Shown one piece after another: positions 20,197 to 29,892 of a stretch of 64,000 nt of DNA. Origin of the DNA: Promethearchaeota archaeon (GTDB lineage: Archaea > Asgardarchaeota > Lokiarchaeia > Sigyniarchaeales > SOKP01); assembly GCA_019057865.1 (NCBI GenBank), contig JAHLWP010000005.1, positions 92,912-156,911 on the forward strand, written 5' to 3'. The notes below the pieces were generated by a model. The model had not been told where the DNA came from. It made no database searches and worked only from the letters and a program-made list of their open reading frames with translations. The translations under genes were made by a program, and so were the position numbers. Numbering within the stretch: the first letter of the stretch is position 1; each line of letters begins with the position of its first letter.

Positions 20197-21675
20197 ATGA
20201 TATTTCAAGGCTTATTTAACATTTTAGACTTATACTTTAATGATATTGATCTTTTTTACAATAATATTGATAAATATTTTTTTAATAAAATTGACAATTC
20301 TTTTAGTGATTATAAAATTGTAGAAGGTAATTTAAACCAAGCTCTCGAAGATCTCACTTCATTTCTCATAAAAGAATTTATTGAATTAGGTTTTGAACAA
20401 ATAGAGATTGAAAATGAATTTTTGGATCCTTTTTTAGAAATAAGAAAAGAAGACAAAGAAAATTTAACTAGTATTAGAGATCTTTATGAAAAAAAAGTAG
20501 CTCCAATAGTTTATGAGATTCTTTTAGAAAAAATCGTTGATTATCTTGTGGATATAAAAGTAACACCTCTTATGTTAAAAGCTAAGTCAAAAGGATTTCT
20601 AACAATTGAAATTATTATGGAATTGAGAAATTTAAAAGATATCCTTAAACGTTCACCTGAAAAAATGGAGAATTTAAGAAAATACATTCAAATCAGAGAA
20701 AAAATTATTGCTAAACTTAGGGAAGAAAAAAAAAAAATAGAAAGTTTAGAAGATTTAGAAAATCCTCAAGATAAACTCCAATTAATGTATTTAATTTATA
20801 GAATAATTGATTTTTTTCATTTACAAAAAAGATTTGACTTTTCTCACATTAAAGAATATCTTAAAAATAATGTAGATGAATGGTTAATTGATGTCCCTTT
20901 AATTACTCTAAAAAATCCTGATATATATTTCTGCGGTATTTACCTAGCTAAACAATTCAATGTTGATCTTGATAAGGAAAAAGTAAATCAGTTTTTGTTA
21001 AAATTATATGAAGAAGCTGTAGATGAATATGAAGTACCCCTTATTGAAGCTACAGATGGAGTATATTATTACCTTAAATCTACAGATTTAATGGAACTAT
21101 GGTTAAACAAAGATCAAATTAATAATATTATATTTATAGACCCCAAATATTTCCAATCTAATTATTTGAAAGATTTTGAAACCTCACAATTGGTCGTAAT
21201 CTTAAAACTCTATAAATATCTGGAAGCTAAATTATTAGATCACGATATAAAAGCTATAACTGATGAAATAGAATTACGTGTCACTTCTGAAGGGATAAAA
21301 CAATTCAGAGATGGTTTTATATCTTCTGAAGCTACTTATTATGTTTTATTTTGTAATTATATGAGAAACACCCTTGAAAAACTGAAGGATTATGCTCTTT
21401 TAGATAATATTGTTTCAAGAATTTATAGAAATCTAGAACTAATAGATTTCTCAGTAGATACAAATTATGATTTGGTAAGTGAATTATTTTACTCAGTTGA
21501 GAGTTTAAAATTATTTAATTGTATAGAAACCAAACAAATGATAATTCATCTTGCTAAATTTCTATTTCCACAAGAAATTGTTAAGAAGATATCAAGTAGT
21601 GAAGAAATAATTTGTACTACAGCAAGATTTAGGCATTTGAAAGTAAATAAGATAACAGGAGAGACTATTTATTAA
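20197..21675 (+). CDS. Hypothetical all-alpha protein
   Basis: 492 aa ORF, no motif recognised. Confidence 0.75.
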   Translation: MIFQGLFNILDLYFNDIDLFYNNIDKYFFNKIDNSFSDYKIVEGNLNQALEDLTSFLIKEFIELGFEQIEIENEFLDPFLEIRKEDKENLTSIRDLYEKKVAPIVYEILLEKIVDYLVDIKVTPLMLKAKSKGFLTIEIIMELRNLKDILKRSPEKMENLRKYIQIREKIIAKLREEKKKIESLEDLENPQDKLQLMYLIYRIIDFFHLQKRFDFSHIKEYLKNNVDEWLIDVPLITLKNPDIYFCGIYLAKQFNVDLDKEKVNQFLLKLYEEAVDEYEVPLIEATDGVYYYLKSTDLMELWLNKDQINNIIFIDPKYFQSNYLKDFETSQLVVILKLYKYLEAKLLDHDIKAITDEIELRVTSEGIKQFRDGFISSEATYYVLFCNYMRNTLEKLKDYALLDNIVSRIYRNLELIDFSVDTNYDLVSELFYSVESLKLFNCIETKQMIIHLAKFLFPQEIVKKISSSEEIICTTARFRHLKVNKITGETIY

Positions 21676-21794
21676 TTAAAGATCACACATGAAATCTTCT
21701 TGAAAAAAATATAGTAAACTTCTTTTAGAAAATAATAATTTTAAATTAAATCTAATCATTTAAGTAAGATAATAATAAGACCAATTGATTACTC

Positions 21795-23273
21795 ATGGAT
21801 TTTAAAAATTTTGAACTTATTTATAAAGAAAATAGACATGAAATTAAAGATAAGCAAGCAATAGAATCAAAATTAAACGAAATTGTAGGAGAAAGTAATG
21901 TTTCAACAAAAGATATTGATATATTGGCTTATACTAAGGATACTACGCTTCTAACATTCAATTGGACAATCGAAGGAAAAATAGCAGGATTGCCAGATTT
22001 CATAACGTGGCCAGAAACTGTTGATCATATATCTGAAATTTTAAGGCTTGCAAATAAAGAAAAGATCCCAATTATACCTTTTGCTGAAGGATCTGGAGTG
22101 GTGGGAGGAGCAATACCCATTCATGGTGGAATTATTATTGATATGAAAAAATTTAATAAAATTCTTGATATAAATGATAAGAATTTAACGGTAACAGCTC
22201 AAACTGGTATTAATGGTATGAATTTAGAACGGTATTTAAATGCTAAAGGTTATACTGCTGGTCATATACCCCAATCTCTCTATATTTCCTCTTTAGGTGG
22301 ATGGATTGCACACCGTGCGGCGGGTCAATTCAGTACAAAATATGGAAAGATTGAAGATATTGTTTTAGGAATGGAAGTTATTTTACCTCAAGGAGAAATT
22401 ATTAATCTTAAAACAATTCCCAGAGCCTCAACAGGACCTCAACTTGATAAATTATTTATTGGTGGAGAAGGTACGCTAGGAATAATTACTAAAGCAACAT
22501 TAAAAATTTGGCCTTATCCTGAAAAACGAGCTTTAATATCGTATGCTTTTCCTACAATTGAAAATTCATTTGAAGCAATAAGACAAATCTTAAGAGTTCA
22601 AATTTATCCCGCAGTTATAAGAATCTATGATCAATTTGAAACTGAAAGACATTTTCCAGATGTTGAACAAGCAAAAGATAAAGTTATGGTTATATTTGTA
22701 TGCGAAGGAAATTCAAAACTCGTTGATTTAGAAGAATCGATTACTAGGGAAAAATGTGAAAATATATTAGGCGTAGATTGCGGTGAACATCCAGTAGAAC
22801 ATTGGTTTGAAACTAGATTTAGAGTAACAGAGACGTCTATGCTGCCTACATATAAAATTGTATTTGATACTCTTGAAGTAGCTTCTTTATGGGAAAATGC
22901 CCCAGATATTTATCATTCTGTTTTAGAAGCAATGGATAAAGTAAAAGGAAATTTAATGATCACTGCTCATATTTCACATTTTTATCCAAATGGAGTAGGT
23001 ATTTACTTTTCATTTGGCGGAGTACCACAGAAAGGAAAAACTGATTTAGAATTTTATCAAGAATGTTGGGATACTACAATTAAAGCTGTATTGGATGGTG
23101 GTGGTTCAATTGCCCATCATCATGGAATAGGGATTAATAGAGCACATTGGATGGATGATGAATGGGGAAAATCAATGAAGGTAATGAGAGATATTAAAAA
23201 TTTACTTGATCCTAACAATATACTCAATCCCGGTAAAATTTATGTGAATACTTGGAAAAGAGGTGAAAATTAA
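21795..23273 (+). CDS. FAD-binding oxidoreductase (alkylglycerone-phosphate synthase/GlcD-like)
   Basis: GSGVVGG, GHIPQS, STKYGKIED, GGEGTLGIIT, HHHGIG and DPNNILNPGK. Confidence 0.9.
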   Translation: MDFKNFELIYKENRHEIKDKQAIESKLNEIVGESNVSTKDIDILAYTKDTTLLTFNWTIEGKIAGLPDFITWPETVDHISEILRLANKEKIPIIPFAEGSGVVGGAIPIHGGIIIDMKKFNKILDINDKNLTVTAQTGINGMNLERYLNAKGYTAGHIPQSLYISSLGGWIAHRAAGQFSTKYGKIEDIVLGMEVILPQGEIINLKTIPRASTGPQLDKLFIGGEGTLGIITKATLKIWPYPEKRALISYAFPTIENSFEAIRQILRVQIYPAVIRIYDQFETERHFPDVEQAKDKVMVIFVCEGNSKLVDLEESITREKCENILGVDCGEHPVEHWFETRFRVTETSMLPTYKIVFDTLEVASLWENAPDIYHSVLEAMDKVKGNLMITAHISHFYPNGVGIYFSFGGVPQKGKTDLEFYQECWDTTIKAVLDGGGSIAHHHGIGINRAHWMDDEWGKSMKVMRDIKNLLDPNNILNPGKIYVNTWKRGEN

Positions 23274-24547
23274 TGGGTGTCTTTGAAACGTTAAAGAAAT
23301 ACAAATGGATGGTTCCCCTTATTGAAAAAGCGGATAGGATTACCAAATCTACATTATTGAAAAATTTTCGTCTAAAAAAGAAGAATTTCTATCCAGAAGG
23401 AGAATATAAAGCAGATATAGACAATTTAATTAAATGTATGCTTTGCGTTAACCTTTGCAGGTTTGACTGCCAAACTCTTCAAGCATCACAATCCGAAACG
23501 ATGAGTCCTGGTTATAAAGCTAGAATTGGCTATTATTTAACAATGGGAAAAATAGATCCTACAAAAGAGGAAAATAAGGATTTTATAGACCTTATGTACA
23601 AATGTACTAATGAAGAGAGTTGTAAAGTTTGGTGCCCTTTTGATTTTTCAGTAGTATCTCTATTAGAAACTGTCAGAGATGACTTAAATGATAAAGGATT
23701 AATGCCAGAATATTGCAAACAGCAGATAGATAAGTTAAATAAGACAAATACAATAGAGGATTATAATATTTATGAAACTTATAAGGAAAAGGGGATAGAT
23801 AATATTGAAACAGATGGAAATGATGAAGTTTATTATTATATTGGCTGTGAAATGATGAAATTTCCAGAGGTTGTTAAAGCAAATATAGAAATCCTGAAAA
23901 AAGCAGGAATAAAATTCTCGACTAATTTGGAAAAGAGAGTATGTTGTGGAGGTCCTGCTTTTAATATTAGAGATTTAGAGACAGGAAAAAGGTTTGCCAA
24001 TAAAAATAAGGAATCAATTGAGAGCACTGGTGCTAAAATTGTCGTTTCAGATTGCCCAGGCTGCGTGTTAACTTTAACTGAAAGATATAATAAAGCGGGA
24101 ATTGATATTGAAGTAAGAATTGTTCATATAGTTGAATATATTAACCATTTAATTAGTGATGGTAAATTAAAATTTGAAAAGGAAATTTCAGAGAAATTTA
24201 AAACAATTACAATTCATGATCCTTGTCTAATCTCAAGGACCCTGAATGATACTACTTCTATAAGGGAGATTTTAAATCAAATTCCGGGGCTTAAAATTGT
24301 CGAGCCAATCTATAACAAAGAGTACGTTCATTGTTGTGGTTGGAGTGGAACAGTTCATTGGGCAGATAAAGAGATTGCAATTAATGAAGCTAAGAACAGA
24401 GTAAAAGAATTAAAAGAGACAGGGTCTAACATCTTCTTAACCGCATGTCCTCTCTGCGAATTAGGTCTAGCTTATGGAATAAATGAAACAGAAAAAGAAA
24501 AATATAAAATATTGGATATATCTGAATTAATAATAAAAGTAATATAA
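23273..24547 (+). CDS. Fe-S oxidoreductase (GlpC/CCG-domain)
   Basis: CxxCxxxC ferredoxin-like Cys, two CCG motifs, HDPC and ACPLC. Confidence 0.88.
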   Translation: MGVFETLKKYKWMVPLIEKADRITKSTLLKNFRLKKKNFYPEGEYKADIDNLIKCMLCVNLCRFDCQTLQASQSETMSPGYKARIGYYLTMGKIDPTKEENKDFIDLMYKCTNEESCKVWCPFDFSVVSLLETVRDDLNDKGLMPEYCKQQIDKLNKTNTIEDYNIYETYKEKGIDNIETDGNDEVYYYIGCEMMKFPEVVKANIEILKKAGIKFSTNLEKRVCCGGPAFNIRDLETGKRFANKNKESIESTGAKIVVSDCPGCVLTLTERYNKAGIDIEVRIVHIVEYINHLISDGKLKFEKEISEKFKTITIHDPCLISRTLNDTTSIREILNQIPGLKIVEPIYNKEYVHCCGWSGTVHWADKEIAINEAKNRVKELKETGSNIFLTACPLCELGLAYGINETEKEKYKILDISELIIKVI

Positions 24548-24585
24548 AAAAATAATAAGTATATACATTTCTATAGAGTGATGAT

Positions 24586-26046
24586 ATGAGTGAATTAATG
24601 TGTGTGTTTGATATTGGAACTACAGGAGCAAGAACGATTATTTTTGACATTAACGGTAAAGAAATTATACGTGCTTATGAGGAATATCCCGTTGTGAAAC
24701 AACCTGTTGGTATTTCAGAACAAGATCCTGCAATTTGGTGGAATGCAATTAAGAAAACTTGTAATTATGTTTCTCAAAAAGTCAATGTCAATGATATTGT
24801 TGGTATTTCTGCTGCTTTTCTTAGACAAACAATGACATTTCTAGATGATAAAGGAATTCCATTACATCCTGCCTTAACATGGATGGATGAAAGAGAAGAA
24901 TCAAGCGCTAAGGATTGGGTTGATGAAGAAGGTGCCTTCAGAAGAGCAATGCCTAAAATTTTATGGATGAAAAAGAATAAATCTGAAATTTTCGATAAAG
25001 TTTCGAAAATTGCTTTTGTTGATACTTATATTATGAATAAATTATGCGAAAACCTTGTAACTGATCCTACTAATGGATATTGGGGAATACTTAATTTACA
25101 AACGCTAAAATGGGATGTAAATTTAGCAGAAGCCTATGAAGTTCCATTAGATTTATGGCCTGATTTACGTTTTCCTGGAGAAGTTCTTGGTGAGCTCACT
25201 AGTGATTCTGCGAAAGAATTGGGCTTACCAAATAACATTCCAGTGATAATGGGGAGCGGAGATCAACAATGTGCTGCTTTAGGATTAGGGGTCCTTGAAA
25301 CAGGTCAAGCAAAAATCACTATGGGCACTGGAACTTTCGTTGATTATGTTGTGGATAAACCGATTATACCAGCCGGAGATATTCCTATATTTTCTATACC
25401 AACACCAATCAAAGGAAAATGGAATCTTGAAGGTTCAATGCCAGGTACTGGAACAGCCATGAAATGGTTTAAAGACAATTTTTCTCAATTACAAATTAAA
25501 GAAAGTCTTGAGAAACAGATAAACGTTTATGATATGCTAGCAAATGAGGCGGCGAATGTACGACCTGGAAGTGAAGGCTTACTTTTTCTACCTTTATACA
25601 TGTACAGAAAAGGTGCAATTCACGGTCTTGGATGGAATCATACTAGAGCACATATGATCCGGGCAATTATGGAGTCTGCTGCTCTTAGTGCTCAGATGTA
25701 TCTCCAAATGTTAGAGGCAATGGGGGGTGCAAAAGTCTCAGAAGTTAAAGCAGACGGAGGAGCGATGAATAGTCAATTATGGGCACAAATCTTAGCAGAT
25801 ATAACATCAAAAAAAATTCTAATACCTGAAGTAAAAGATGGTGCTGCTATGGGTGCCGCAATTTTGGGTTTTTATGGTATTAAGAAATATGAAAGTTTTG
25901 AGAAAGCAGTTAATAACATGGTAAGATTTACTGATGTTAAGGAACCTATAAAACAAAATGTCAAGATTTATAAAAAATTGAATAGGATTTTCATGCCTCC
26001 CTTATTAGAGTTATATGAGAAAAAGAGAATCACAAAAGATTTATAA
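24586..26046 (+). CDS. FGGY-family carbohydrate kinase
   Basis: DIGTTG, EQDP..WW, GDQQ, GTG and DGG..S..WAQILAD. Confidence 0.92.
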   Translation: MSELMCVFDIGTTGARTIIFDINGKEIIRAYEEYPVVKQPVGISEQDPAIWWNAIKKTCNYVSQKVNVNDIVGISAAFLRQTMTFLDDKGIPLHPALTWMDEREESSAKDWVDEEGAFRRAMPKILWMKKNKSEIFDKVSKIAFVDTYIMNKLCENLVTDPTNGYWGILNLQTLKWDVNLAEAYEVPLDLWPDLRFPGEVLGELTSDSAKELGLPNNIPVIMGSGDQQCAALGLGVLETGQAKITMGTGTFVDYVVDKPIIPAGDIPIFSIPTPIKGKWNLEGSMPGTGTAMKWFKDNFSQLQIKESLEKQINVYDMLANEAANVRPGSEGLLFLPLYMYRKGAIHGLGWNHTRAHMIRAIMESAALSAQMYLQMLEAMGGAKVSEVKADGGAMNSQLWAQILADITSKKILIPEVKDGAAMGAAILGFYGIKKYESFEKAVNNMVRFTDVKEPIKQNVKIYKKLNRIFMPPLLELYEKKRITKDL

Positions 26047-26163
26047 TTTTTTATCTTTTTTTTGTTTATTTTAAGTTTTGATAAGTTACTTTCAAATTTA
26101 GAAAAGTATTTTTTGAATCTTTTATTTCAAAAATTATAGAATATCAAACAATTTATAGCTCAC

Positions 26164-26991
26164 ATGCCTTATTTTGTGAATAGAGAGGGATACCGACTTT
26201 ATTATGAAGATATTAACTCTTCATCAAAAATGTGTACTATAATTATGCTTCATGGTTTCGCCTCGTCAGCATCTTTCTTTAAAGCCCAAATAAAAATTTT
26301 AAAAGATAATTATCGGATAATTGCGTTTGATGCTTTAGGGCATGGGAGAAGTGATCATCCAAAAAAGTTGCATCTTTCAAAAAATATAAGACATGAAATT
26401 ATCAGAGATTTAGAGGATTTATTAAAATATTTAGGAGTTAAAGAGAAGTATGGGATAATTGGGCATTCTCTCGTAGGAGGGATGATAGCTCAATTGATTT
26501 GCATGAAACATCCTGAAGATATCAAATTTCTCATTTTATTAAATTCTGGTTATATAATGATCGATAACGTAATTCGAAATATTTTTTACAATTTACTCCC
26601 TTATTCTATTCGTATGAGTTTTTTGGATGTAGTAGCAAATTCAGTTGAAAAAGTTTTAGATAGAATCATTCCTTTTATTATAACTGCATTATCAGATTCT
26701 TTAGTTGGTACAAAATTAACCAAAGACGAGTTATATATGAAAATTGAAGAGCAAATCTTTGGAATGATAAATGAAATAAATGAATATGATCCCTCAAGTA
26801 TTACATGCCCAACTCTTATAATTGGAGGGAGACTTGATAACTTTGCTCCTGGAGCGATGTCAGAAGAACTTCATAAAAAAATTAAAAATTCTCAATTAGA
26901 AATTATTGATATGGCAGGTCATTTCGCTCCTGCTCAACGAAAAGAGATAGTTAATGAATTAATATGTAATTTTATTAGAAGTTTTAAGTGA
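26164..26991 (+). CDS. Alpha/beta hydrolase
   Basis: LHGF, DALGHGRS, GHSL nucleophile elbow and AGH. Confidence 0.9.
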   Translation: MPYFVNREGYRLYYEDINSSSKMCTIIMLHGFASSASFFKAQIKILKDNYRIIAFDALGHGRSDHPKKLHLSKNIRHEIIRDLEDLLKYLGVKEKYGIIGHSLVGGMIAQLICMKHPEDIKFLILLNSGYIMIDNVIRNIFYNLLPYSIRMSFLDVVANSVEKVLDRIIPFIITALSDSLVGTKLTKDELYMKIEEQIFGMINEINEYDPSSITCPTLIIGGRLDNFAPGAMSEELHKKIKNSQLEIIDMAGHFAPAQRKEIVNELICNFIRSFK

Positions 26992-27036
26992 TTAATTAAT
27001 ATTAATTCGGTTAATAAATAAGAGATTGATTTTAAA

Positions 27037-27402
27037 ATGGATGAAATTCATGATCAAAATACGCTCGTTTCATTTTTTAAAAAGGAAGTGAATAATTTCG
27101 TGAATAGCCGTAATTGGACAAAATACCATACACCAAAGAATTTAATTCAAGCTTTAATGATTGAAGCAGCAGAACTATCTCAGTGTTTATTATTCAAGGA
27201 GGATAAAATTGAACATATCTTAAAAGATGAAACTCTATTAACTAACATATCTGACGAAATTGCGGATATTTTTATCTATTTAATTAGTATTGTTAACGTT
27301 TTGGGTTTAGATTTAACTAAAGCGTTTATAGGGAAAATGGAAAAAAACAAAAAAAAGTATTCCGTTAAAGAGTTTAATAATGGGAAGTATTATAAAAAGT
27401 AA
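27037..27402 (+). CDS. MazG-like nucleotide pyrophosphohydrolase (dCTPP1-like)
   Basis: RNWTKYHTPKNL, EAAEL and DEIADIFIY. Confidence 0.9.
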   Translation: MDEIHDQNTLVSFFKKEVNNFVNSRNWTKYHTPKNLIQALMIEAAELSQCLLFKEDKIEHILKDETLLTNISDEIADIFIYLISIVNVLGLDLTKAFIGKMEKNKKKYSVKEFNNGKYYKK

Positions 27403-27482
27403 ATTAGGTTAACCGATTTATAATTTTTTTATTTTATTATTAATAAAAAGATTTTTTATGGCTTTTTCTATTATTTATTATC

Positions 27483-28460
27483 ATGCCAGAGGAAAATATT
27501 GAAAATATTATTAAGGAGCAACTAGAATTTACATTAAAAGAAACAAAATTTCCTTCTTTAGGAAAATTATATAGAGGAAAGGTCCGTGATAACTATATAA
27601 AGGAAGATATTAGGATAATTATTGCAACTGATAGACTGAGTGCATTTGATCGTGTTATTACTACTATCCCTTTTAAAGGTCAGATGTTAAATCAGGTTTC
27701 TTCGTTCTGGTTTGAAAAAACAAAAGATTTAGTAAAAAATCATATCATTGAAGTTCCAGATCCTAATGTTTCAGTTGTTCACCAATGTCAAACACTCCCA
27801 ATTGAAATAATTGTTAGAGCCTATCTTACTGGTACAGCATGGCGTAATTATTTAAAAGGAGAATCTACTTCGGGAATTCTAATTCCTAAAGGGATGAGAA
27901 AAAATCAAAAATTGGATGAAATCTTAATCACACCTTCAACTAAAGCAGAAACTGGGCATGACATTTACATCTCGAAAGAATTCATTATAAAAGAAAAAAT
28001 AGTTAGTAAAGAAATCTATGAACAAATGGAAGATGCCGCTATGAAACTATTTAAATTTGGTCAAAATTACTGTAAGAAGAATGGACTGATTCTAGTTGAT
28101 ACTAAATATGAATTCGGAGTAAAAGATAACGAATTAATTGTAATAGATGAAATTCATACACAGGATTCTTCACGATTCTGGATACTCGATTCATATGATA
28201 AAAAGTTTGAAGAAAATAAAGAACCAGATATATTGGATAAAGAGATATTTAGAGGGTGGTTAATGGAAACATATCCAGAAATTTTCCCTGATATCAAACC
28301 AGATGAAAATATTCCTCCTATAACAGATGAAATTAAAATAGAATTAGCAAAAAGGTATATGAAAAGCTATGAAAAGATTACTGGGATAAAATTTAAAGCC
28401 GAAATTTCCGAAGTAAACAATAGAATATATGAAAATTTGAAAAAAGCTAATTATTTATAG
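27483..28460 (+). CDS. purC: SAICAR synthase
   Basis: GKVRD, TDRLSAFD, LVDTKYEFG and DEIHTQDSSRFW. Confidence 0.95.
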   Translation: MPEENIENIIKEQLEFTLKETKFPSLGKLYRGKVRDNYIKEDIRIIIATDRLSAFDRVITTIPFKGQMLNQVSSFWFEKTKDLVKNHIIEVPDPNVSVVHQCQTLPIEIIVRAYLTGTAWRNYLKGESTSGILIPKGMRKNQKLDEILITPSTKAETGHDIYISKEFIIKEKIVSKEIYEQMEDAAMKLFKFGQNYCKKNGLILVDTKYEFGVKDNELIVIDEIHTQDSSRFWILDSYDKKFEENKEPDILDKEIFRGWLMETYPEIFPDIKPDENIPPITDEIKIELAKRYMKSYEKITGIKFKAEISEVNNRIYENLKKANYL

Positions 28461-28506
28461 AATTTAAGAAAAATTTATATAATAATCAGTAGTATTTTTT
28501 CTTATA

Positions 28507-28710
28507 ATGTTAAATTTAATTCTTTTATTTATTGATTTTGTCTTATTTATTCTAAGTTTTATATTTGCTATAATTGACATTAAATCTTATACTAAAGATG
28601 AAAAAAAAGAGATAGATATGAAAAAATTACCTAAGTTTAGCAAATATAGTTTACTGTGTGGTCTTTTAGCTTTAATATTAATGATAATAGTTAGTATTAG
28701 CTATATCTAA
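28507..28710 (+). CDS. Small two-TM hypothetical protein
   Basis: 67 aa ORF with two hydrophobic segments. Confidence 0.6.
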   Translation: MLNLILLFIDFVLFILSFIFAIIDIKSYTKDEKKEIDMKKLPKFSKYSLLCGLLALILMIIVSISYI

Positions 28711-28912
28711 GATTTACTATTATAATGAAATGCAAAAAAATATCCACTAAATTTTTCCTTAAATCATCTTTTCTAACAATATTTAAGTAATTGTAGAGGG
28801 CAAAAACTTAAAATAAATCAAAAAATAACAAGCTCTTGTCGTTTTTGTCGATGAGAATTATTTTTAAATTAATAAGAATTAATAAAAATATATACAACCT
28901 CTTTTTTCATAA

Positions 28913-29182
28913 ATGGATCGTCAAGAATTTCAAGTAGAAATAACATTAATGAATAAACCAGCAGCTAGAGATCCAGTTGGCGAAACTATTCAAAAAGACC
29001 TTTTGGCTAAAAAAGGGTATGATATAGTATTTAATGTTCGTTCAGGACAATTTTTGCAAATTAATCTTAAAGCTGCTGATGAGAATGAAGCTAAAAAAAT
29101 TGTAGAAAAAATGTGTAATGATCTACGAATTTTCAATCCAGTTACACAAAACCTAACTATTTTAAAAGTATCGAAATCATGA
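28913..29182 (+). CDS. purS: FGAM synthase subunit PurS
   Basis: DPVGETI, VRSG and NPV; precedes purQ and purL. Confidence 0.92.
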   Translation: MDRQEFQVEITLMNKPAARDPVGETIQKDLLAKKGYDIVFNVRSGQFLQINLKAADENEAKKIVEKMCNDLRIFNPVTQNLTILKVSKS

Positions 29183-29892
29183 CTGTTAAAATAGCTGTAA
29201 TTCAGTTTGCTGGAAGCAATTGTGATTTAGATACGATACATATTTTAAACAATGTTGTTGATGATATCGAAGCAGATTTAGTCTGGCATAATCTTTTTAA
29301 GGAAACTAAATATGATGGAGTAATTTTACCTGGAGGATTTGCGTTTGGAGATTATTTAAGAGCAGGAATTATTGCTGCCCATAGTCCTGCAATTGACGAG
29401 GCAAGAGTGATGTTAGATGATGGAAGACCTGTAATAGGTATTTGTAATGGATTTCAGATATTAACAGAAGCTCAGTTCCTTCCAGGTGCTTTATTAAGAA
29501 ATGATTCTTTAAAATTTATTTGCAAATGGGTAAATCTAAAAGTAGAAAACAATTCAACAGCATTGTCCAATAAAATGAATATAAATGATGTTCTTGCCAT
29601 ACCTATTGCCCATGCAGAAGGGCGATATTATACTGATAATTTAAAAGAATTAGAAGAAAATAACCAGATTGTTTTTAGATACTCTACTGAACAAGGAAAA
29701 TTAACTAAAGATGCAAACCCTAATGGATCCTTAGAAAATATTGCGGGGATTTGTAATTTAGAACAAAATTGTGTTGGTTTTATGCCTCATCCAGAACGTG
29801 CGTCAGAAGCCATTCTAAGTCCAAAAAAAACAACTCATGGAAAACTTTTTTTTGATTCTATAGTTGAATTTATAAAGCGGAGGGTGTCTTAA
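29179..29892 (+). CDS. purQ: FGAM synthase glutaminase subunit
   Basis: GSNCD, PGGFAFGDYLRAG, GICNGFQ and MPHPER. Confidence 0.96.
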   Translation: MTVKIAVIQFAGSNCDLDTIHILNNVVDDIEADLVWHNLFKETKYDGVILPGGFAFGDYLRAGIIAAHSPAIDEARVMLDDGRPVIGICNGFQILTEAQFLPGALLRNDSLKFICKWVNLKVENNSTALSNKMNINDVLAIPIAHAEGRYYTDNLKELEENNQIVFRYSTEQGKLTKDANPNGSLENIAGICNLEQNCVGFMPHPERASEAILSPKKTTHGKLFFDSIVEFIKRRVS

